The notes under the pieces were generated by a model, which was not told the DNA's origin, made no database searches, and worked only from the letters and a program-made list of their open reading frames with translations. From a virus (taxonomy: Duplodnaviria > Caudoviricetes): a stretch of 60,594 bases of DNA. Numbering within the stretch: position 1 is the first letter of the stretch; every line of letters begins with the position of its first letter. Below are positions 55,759 to 60,594 of this stretch, one piece after another. The stretch covers positions 1 to 60,594 of the IMG/VR virus record IMGVR_UViG_3300042549_005527. One strand, written 5' to 3'. The translations under genes were made by a program, and so were the position numbers.

Positions 55759-56010
55759 ATGAAAGTTATAGAACTGTTAGCAGAAAAGAAACTTAAAGCG
55801 CCCACATCGAGTGAATGCTCTGTGGGCCATTCTCGTTTGAGCAATGTACGGTACAGCCAGTGTGTCAGCCTTGGCATGTTAAAACACGACAGTAGTCATA
55901 CCGCAGGCACTGGTACCCAGGGCAAAAAAGGCACTGGAGTAAAACTACGTGGCAAGAAAATGAAAAGTGAAATACACGGCGGGCCTGTCAAAGACTATGA
56001 CGGCAAGTGA
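55759..56010 (+). CDS. Small basic protein
   Basis: TAAATA core upstream; KS..HGGPVKDY. Confidence 0.6.
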   Translation: MKVIELLAEKKLKAPTSSECSVGHSRLSNVRYSQCVSLGMLKHDSSHTAGTGTQGKKGTGVKLRGKKMKSEIHGGPVKDYDGK

Positions 56011-56339
56011 TGATTACTTTTACCGAAATAGCACACGCCAGAATAAAAAAACAACTACTCAGTAGGGGACATGGCATAGGAATCAAAGTGGGTGTAAAAA
56101 CCACAGGATGCAGTGGCCTAGCGTATGTGTTGGAATATGTTGACAAACTTGTGGATGAACATGCATTGTACCACATCACAGGAACATCTGATTTTGCTGT
56201 TGTGATAGACAAAAAACACGAACCTTACCTAACAGGAATGATTGTTGATTATGTTCGTAACGGACTAAACGAAGGGTTTGAGTTTCAAAATCCCAACGAA
56301 CGCGATCGTTGTGGATGTGGTGAAAGTTTTAGGATATAA
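56010..56339 (+). CDS. iscA: A-type Fe-S carrier IscA
   Basis: GVKTTGCSGLAY.LEYVD, GLNEGF.F.NPN...CGCGESF. Confidence 0.9.
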   Translation: MITFTEIAHARIKKQLLSRGHGIGIKVGVKTTGCSGLAYVLEYVDKLVDEHALYHITGTSDFAVVIDKKHEPYLTGMIVDYVRNGLNEGFEFQNPNERDRCGCGESFRI

Positions 56340-56340
56340 C

Positions 56341-56721
56341 ATGGCATATTCACAAAAAGTAATTGATCATTATGAGAATCCACGCAACGTGGGCAAATTT
56401 GAAATTGACGACAGCGTGGGCACCGGAATGGTAGGTGCGCCCGCTTGCGGCGACGTTATGAAGTTGCAAATCAAAGTAGAAGACGGAGTGATTATAGATG
56501 CCAAATTCAAAACATACGGATGCGGATCAGCCATTGCAAGCTCAAGCCTTGTTACAGAATGGGTCAAGGGAAAAACACTTGACCAAGCGGGAAAGATTAC
56601 TAATTCAACAATTGCTGAGGAACTTGCCCTACCACCGGTTAAAATACATTGTAGCATACTTGCAGAAGATGCTATCAAAGCCGCAGTAGAAGATTATAGG
56701 AAAAAACATGGATCAAGTTAA
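56341..56721 (+). CDS. iscU: Fe-S scaffold IscU
   Basis: [46 protein letters not shown]. Confidence 0.95.
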   Translation: MAYSQKVIDHYENPRNVGKFEIDDSVGTGMVGAPACGDVMKLQIKVEDGVIIDAKFKTYGCGSAIASSSLVTEWVKGKTLDQAGKITNSTIAEELALPPVKIHCSILAEDAIKAAVEDYRKKHGSS

Positions 56722-57037
56722 TATCACAGAACCTGCAATGTTACGCATAGCAGATCTACTAGCAGAAGAAAACAATCCAAAATTAAAATTGCGTACTTTC
56801 GTACAAGGTGGCGGCTGTTCGGGATTCCAGTATGGATTTACATTTGATGAACAACAAAACGAAGATGATTTTGTTGTTGAACGACCCGGAATGACTTTGT
56901 TGGTAGATGCAATCAGTATGCAATACTTGCAAGGATCCACTGTAGACTACAAGGACGACTTGTCTGGCAGCAGTTTTACTATCAAAAATCCCAATGCAGA
57001 ATCCACATGCGGTTGCGGCAGCAGTTTTTCCGTTTAA
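56708..57037 (+). CDS. erpA: A-type Fe-S carrier ErpA
   Basis: [37 protein letters not shown]. Confidence 0.9.
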   Translation: MDQVNITEPAMLRIADLLAEENNPKLKLRTFVQGGGCSGFQYGFTFDEQQNEDDFVVERPGMTLLVDAISMQYLQGSTVDYKDDLSGSSFTIKNPNAESTCGCGSSFSV

Positions 57038-57052
57038 AATGGTAAAAATCAA

Positions 57053-57081
57053 TTGACAGTTTGTCAAAAACATTGTATAAT
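57053..57081 (+). promoter_or_regulatory. Consensus sigma70 promoter for ligase
   Basis: TTGACA-N17-TATAAT. Confidence 0.8.
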
Positions 57082-57099
57082 AATTGCATAAGTTAACAA

Positions 57100-58404
57100 A
57101 TGGAAACTCTAATGCACGATCCCTGCGATTCCGTTATTCGTAGTCTTGAAGACCACCCTAGCCGTCTCAACAAAGAAGCCATCATCGAAGCCCAAGCACA
57201 CAACACCGAGTTGTTCGAAGGCTTCAATCTGGCTCTTAGTCCGTTTGTCACGTTTGGTGTCAAGAAAGTTCCCACACACGGTGGTCCAGACGGACAAGGA
57301 CTTCCTTGGGTTGCATTCAAAGAACTTTGTAATCTGTTGAGCACACGAAAACTCACAGGCGATGATGCTCGTAGTGCAATTGAACTGGCACTTGGCGCCA
57401 GCACACAAAGTCAGTGGAATGATTGGTATCGTCGTATCCTGATCAAAGACCTGCGATGTGGCGTCAGTGAGAAGACTGTAAACAAAATTAAAAAGAACGC
57501 TGTGCCCTTGTTTGAATGCATGTTGGCACACGATGGTGCCAATCACGAAAGCAAGGTAACAGGCAAGAAATTGCTGGAGCCAAAACTGGACGGTGTTCGC
57601 GCATTGTTGATTATCAATGCAGAAGCTCGTTCTGCTACAATCTACAGCCGCAATGGCAAGATTTTGGAAAACTTTGGGCACATTACCAAAGGCATTGAAG
57701 ACAACTTTGAACTGTTTGAACGCAGTATGGTGATTGATGGTGAGGTTGTTAGTTCAAGTTTCCAAGCACTTATGAAGCAAGTTCATCGTAAAAGCGATGC
57801 CGAAGCAGGTGATGCACGTCTAATGGCATTTGACATCCTGCCATTGTCTGAATTTCTTGCAGGTAAAAGCACAATGGGACAACGTCGTCGTTCCAATCTG
57901 CTTCGCTCTTTGAAAGCCACACTGGACAAAGTTGGCAGCATTGATATTATTCCACAACTTGAAGTTGATCTGGGTACAGCCGTTGGCGAAATACAATTTG
58001 TACAATACAACAAAGATGCTATCGCCGCAGGATTTGAAGGCATTATGATCAAAGACATAGATGCACCTTATGTGTGCAAACGTCACGTGGCTTGGCTGAA
58101 ACAAAAGCCATTCATCGAAGTAAGTTTGACTATTGTGGGCATTGAGCCAGGAACAGGTAAAAATGAAGGCAAAATGGGCGCAGTTATCTGCGAGGGTACG
58201 GAGGATGGCAAGTTCATCCGTGTTAATGTTGGCTCTGGCTGGACAGATGATCAGAGAGCCGAAGTTGACGATTCGGTCATTGGTCAAGTCCTGGAAGTGC
58301 GAGCAGATGCAATTACTCGGAGCCAAGATAGTGAAGACGTATACAGCCTCCGCTTTCCACGGGCTCTTCGATTCCGAGGTTTTACAGCAGGTGAAAAACT
58401 ATAA
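57100..58404 (+). CDS. ATP-dependent DNA ligase (T4 gp30-like)
   Basis: KxDG in EPKLDGVR, SRNGK, DGEV, FDIL, EGIMIK, WLK.K, SLRFPR. Confidence 0.95.
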   Translation: METLMHDPCDSVIRSLEDHPSRLNKEAIIEAQAHNTELFEGFNLALSPFVTFGVKKVPTHGGPDGQGLPWVAFKELCNLLSTRKLTGDDARSAIELALGASTQSQWNDWYRRILIKDLRCGVSEKTVNKIKKNAVPLFECMLAHDGANHESKVTGKKLLEPKLDGVRALLIINAEARSATIYSRNGKILENFGHITKGIEDNFELFERSMVIDGEVVSSSFQALMKQVHRKSDAEAGDARLMAFDILPLSEFLAGKSTMGQRRRSNLLRSLKATLDKVGSIDIIPQLEVDLGTAVGEIQFVQYNKDAIAAGFEGIMIKDIDAPYVCKRHVAWLKQKPFIEVSLTIVGIEPGTGKNEGKMGAVICEGTEDGKFIRVNVGSGWTDDQRAEVDDSVIGQVLEVRADAITRSQDSEDVYSLRFPRALRFRGFTAGEKL

Positions 58405-58405
58405 C

Positions 58406-58648
58406 ATGGACAAAGAAGCTGTTAAAAATTTAATGTTCGGTGGCTTCTGCGAGTTGACTAGAGACAGTCGATTCTACCACCACAGTGCCGTAGGTCCGGA
58501 ATATTGTTACTTTACTGATCGAGGTAAAATTGCCGTAACAGATTTTATGACTCAAATGGCAGTAAATATACACAAAGCTGAATTGGTTGATTTGGATAAG
58601 AGAGCCAAGGAGCTGGTCATCAACGGACTAAAAGGAGAAAGTGTTTAA
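58406..58648 (+). CDS. Hypothetical protein
   Basis: ATG immediately after the ligase stop. Confidence 0.6.
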   Translation: MDKEAVKNLMFGGFCELTRDSRFYHHSAVGPEYCYFTDRGKIAVTDFMTQMAVNIHKAELVDLDKRAKELVINGLKGESV

Positions 58649-58650
58649 TC

Positions 58651-58869
58651 GTGTCTAAGCAAGATCAAATTTCATCAAGTGGAATTGTACAGGAAGTGTT
58701 GCCCAATGCTATGTTCAAAGTAAAATTAGAACAAGGCCATGTGATATTAGGGCATATCAGTGGTAAGATGCGCCAGAACAAGATACAGGTGTTGCTGGGC
58801 GACAAAGTTAGATGCGAATTAAGCCCATACGATCTTAGCAAAGGTCGTATAGTATTTCGTGAAAAGTAA
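58651..58869 (+). CDS. infA: Translation initiation factor IF-1
   Basis: [46 protein letters not shown]. Confidence 0.95.
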   Translation: MSKQDQISSSGIVQEVLPNAMFKVKLEQGHVILGHISGKMRQNKIQVLLGDKVRCELSPYDLSKGRIVFREK

Positions 58870-58874
58870 ATCAT

Positions 58875-58902
58875 AAAAAAGCGCCTTCCGGCGCTTTTTT
58901 TT
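58875..58902. terminator. Bidirectional intrinsic terminator
   Basis: AAAAAAGCGCC-TTCC-GGCGCTTTTTTT between convergent genes. Confidence 0.85.
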
Positions 58903-59410
58903 ATGTCAAGTAGTTAGCCCAACTTGGATGTTGGAAATCCCATAACATTCTCTTACGCTTTTCAGCCAATTGAAAGTATGTAGGCTTGACAGGCATATGC
59001 TTGGGCACAATCTTTTTGTTGTTGCCTTTGTTGGCATTGCAAGGGCCGCAGGCGCAGACAGTGTTTTCAAACGTGGTCTTACCGCCGTGGCTTGTTGGCA
59101 AAATGTGGTCCAGTGTAGCAGTTTTACGGCTGACATCGTCACCACAGTATTGACAAGCATAGCCGTCGCGAAGAAATACGTTTTGTTTGGAAAACCGTAT
59201 TCCAGTCTTTTTCTTTTGGTATTCTTTCAAGATCATAACAGCAGGCACCGGTGTGCTCCACTTTTCTGATCTAACAATCCAGTTGTCGTACCATTCTAGT
59301 ACAATAGCCTTGTCAGAAACCATATATCTTATTGCTTCTTCCCAAGAAATTGTACTCAAAGGAAGCATGGATACTGGAGATGCGTCAGCGTTGAGGATTA
59401 AACAAGTCAT
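58901..59410 (-). CDS. HNH endonuclease (McrA-like)
   Basis: L.LNAD..P, N.FLRD...CQYCG, TLDHI.P.S.GG...FEN.V.AC..CN..KG; promoter 59453-59481. Confidence 0.9.
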   Translation of the reverse strand: MTCLILNADASPVSMLPLSTISWEEAIRYMVSDKAIVLEWYDNWIVRSEKWSTPVPAVMILKEYQKKKTGIRFSKQNVFLRDGYACQYCGDDVSRKTATLDHILPTSHGGKTTFENTVCACGPCNANKGNNKKIVPKHMPVKPTYFQLAEKRKRMLWDFQHPSWANYLT

Positions 59411-59481
59411 TTTATTTCTTTCAATAGTTTTGGCTGTAACCCAGAAGTATTTATTATAGTTGAAACTGTCGCTTTTGTCAA

Positions 59482-59760
59482 TTAGATTTTGGTATCGCTA
59501 TCCGCCGGAGTGTTCCAAAACTTTCTATTTTCTACACCAGCTTTTTGAGCAAATTGTTTTGGATTACATCCAGAACAGACATGCTGATAATCGTTGCTGA
59601 TACGTTTCCGATCCATTGATCCTTGCTCTCGCTCAAATACAGTATTGCAGGAATCGCATTTAAGAACCACTACAGTTCGATATCTAGTATATGCATGTGA
59701 CTTTTTGTACTTGCTGGTACGAGTATATTCAATTTTAACTTTGAGTGTTTCTATCAACAT
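59482..59760 (-). CDS. Hypothetical zinc-ribbon protein
   Basis: CDSC...HVCSGC. Confidence 0.6.
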   Translation of the reverse strand: MLIETLKVKIEYTRTSKYKKSHAYTRYRTVVVLKCDSCNTVFEREQGSMDRKRISNDYQHVCSGCNPKQFAQKAGVENRKFWNTPADSDTKI

Positions 59761-59831
59761 CAACTATTTACATTCGGATTATAAAAGGTAAAACTAAATA
59801 CCGTATCAAGGAAGCCTGAGGGCTATACATT

Positions 59832-60594
59832 ATGACAATCCATTACGTAAACACAGGTTCTAGCCCAAATGCAGGCAACGGCGACAGCTTAAGAGTTGCT
59901 TTCAATAAAATCAATGCCAATTTTGGCGAACTAACCAATCAAATTTCTGGAATAGTTGTATCAACATCCACATTGGTAGCCGGTACATATACCCTTGCAT
60001 TATCCACTTCTGGATCAGTTACACTAAATGGTGTGCCTTTTGTAAGTGGTGACGGATTAACTGGCCCAATATGGCAACTAACTAGCGGCTCATCGGTAGT
60101 AAGTCTTGCTTCTAATGGTTATATAACTTTAGCAAATGGCGCACAATTATACGATTATGGATCTACTTCTAGTAATGGTTATGGAATAACAGATAGTTTA
60201 GGTGGCACCTACATTGGTTACGACCCAGCTGATACGCTCGGTGCCCTACACATGGATTCGTACAATGGTAAAAATATCAGGATTCGTACAACTCCAGAAG
60301 GAACAAGTAACTATAAAGATTGGCTGTTTAGTGCAGGAGGTACACTGAGTGTACCTGGTTCTATTTTACCCAACGCAGATTTAGCCTACGACCTGGGATC
60401 GAGTTCTACACAATGGCGTAGTCTATGGGTAGGCACAAATACCATTTATATTAATCGTATTCCTTTGTCCATAACTCAAGGTGGCGATTTAACAATTAAT
60501 GGAAATATTGTCGGTGCTAAGGGAGATCCTGGAGCCGATGGAGCACCTGGAGCCGATGGAGCACCTGGAGCCGATGGAGCACCTGGAGCCGATG
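59832..60594 (+). CDS. Tail fibre/baseplate-type structural protein with collagen-like repeats; 3'-truncated
   Basis: MTIHYVNTGSSPNAGNGDSLRVAFNKINANF N-terminus, YDLGSS..QWRSL motif, in-frame G-X-Y repeats from 60513. Confidence 0.8.
   Translation, partial: MTIHYVNTGSSPNAGNGDSLRVAFNKINANFGELTNQISGIVVSTSTLVAGTYTLALSTSGSVTLNGVPFVSGDGLTGPIWQLTSGSSVVSLASNGYITLANGAQLYDYGSTSSNGYGITDSLGGTYIGYDPADTLGALHMDSYNGKNIRIRTTPEGTSNYKDWLFSAGGTLSVPGSILPNADLAYDLGSSSTQWRSLWVGTNTIYINRIPLSITQGGDLTINGNIVGAKGDPGADGAPGADGAPGADGAPGAD
60531..60594 (+). repeat. 18-bp tandem repeat encoding GADGAP
   Basis: GGAGCCGATGGAGCACCT, at least three copies, running off the window. Confidence 0.9.

Noticed and set aside
30255-57037. 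Bacterial O-antigen locus or host contamination
   Set aside because: No wzx/wzy/ABC export genes; the block is continuous with phage structural, ligase and late-promoter features
1-60594. Alternative genetic code or diversity-generating retroelement
   Set aside because: Known genes translate full-length in the standard code, and no reverse transcriptase or adenine-specific repeat pair was seen

Overview
This window looks like part of a large lytic tailed dsDNA phage genome (jumbo-type, with T4-like replication genes), not a bacterial chromosome. It has four blocks. (1) 0.6-5 kb: primase, DnaB/gp41 helicase, YqgE/AlgH, a nucleotidyltransferase and an NT5C-type nucleotidase. (2) About 7-22 kb, minus strand: a dense array of small genes with 31 near-consensus sigma70 promoters counted by eye. 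Each sits in a repeated module (upstream stop codon, ACCCT-N9/10-AGGGT dyad, TTGACA-N17-TATAAT, strong AGGAG RBS). Several modules drive or flank structured non-coding RNA candidates, including one with two AGGAA-loop hairpins resembling CsrA/RsmA-sponge sRNAs and a roughly 170-nt multi-helix RNA. The array contains a 2.9-kb GATC-free stretch and ends at a tRNA(CAU) followed by 26-bp tandem repeats. (3) 23-55 kb: GT9-like glycosyltransferases, a 1695-aa subtilase/Ig protein and a 24-kb cluster of five radical SAM enzymes, six SGNH-like proteins, putative glycosyltransferases, RmlC, three NDP-sugar epimerases, a split TPP enzyme, a 2OG-Fe(II) oxygenase and a methyltransferase. (4) 55-60.6 kb: SleB-type hydrolase, IscA/IscU/ErpA, ATP-dependent ligase, IF-1, HNH and a truncated collagen-like fibre gene. 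All calls come from motif reading only; no searches or folding programs were run.
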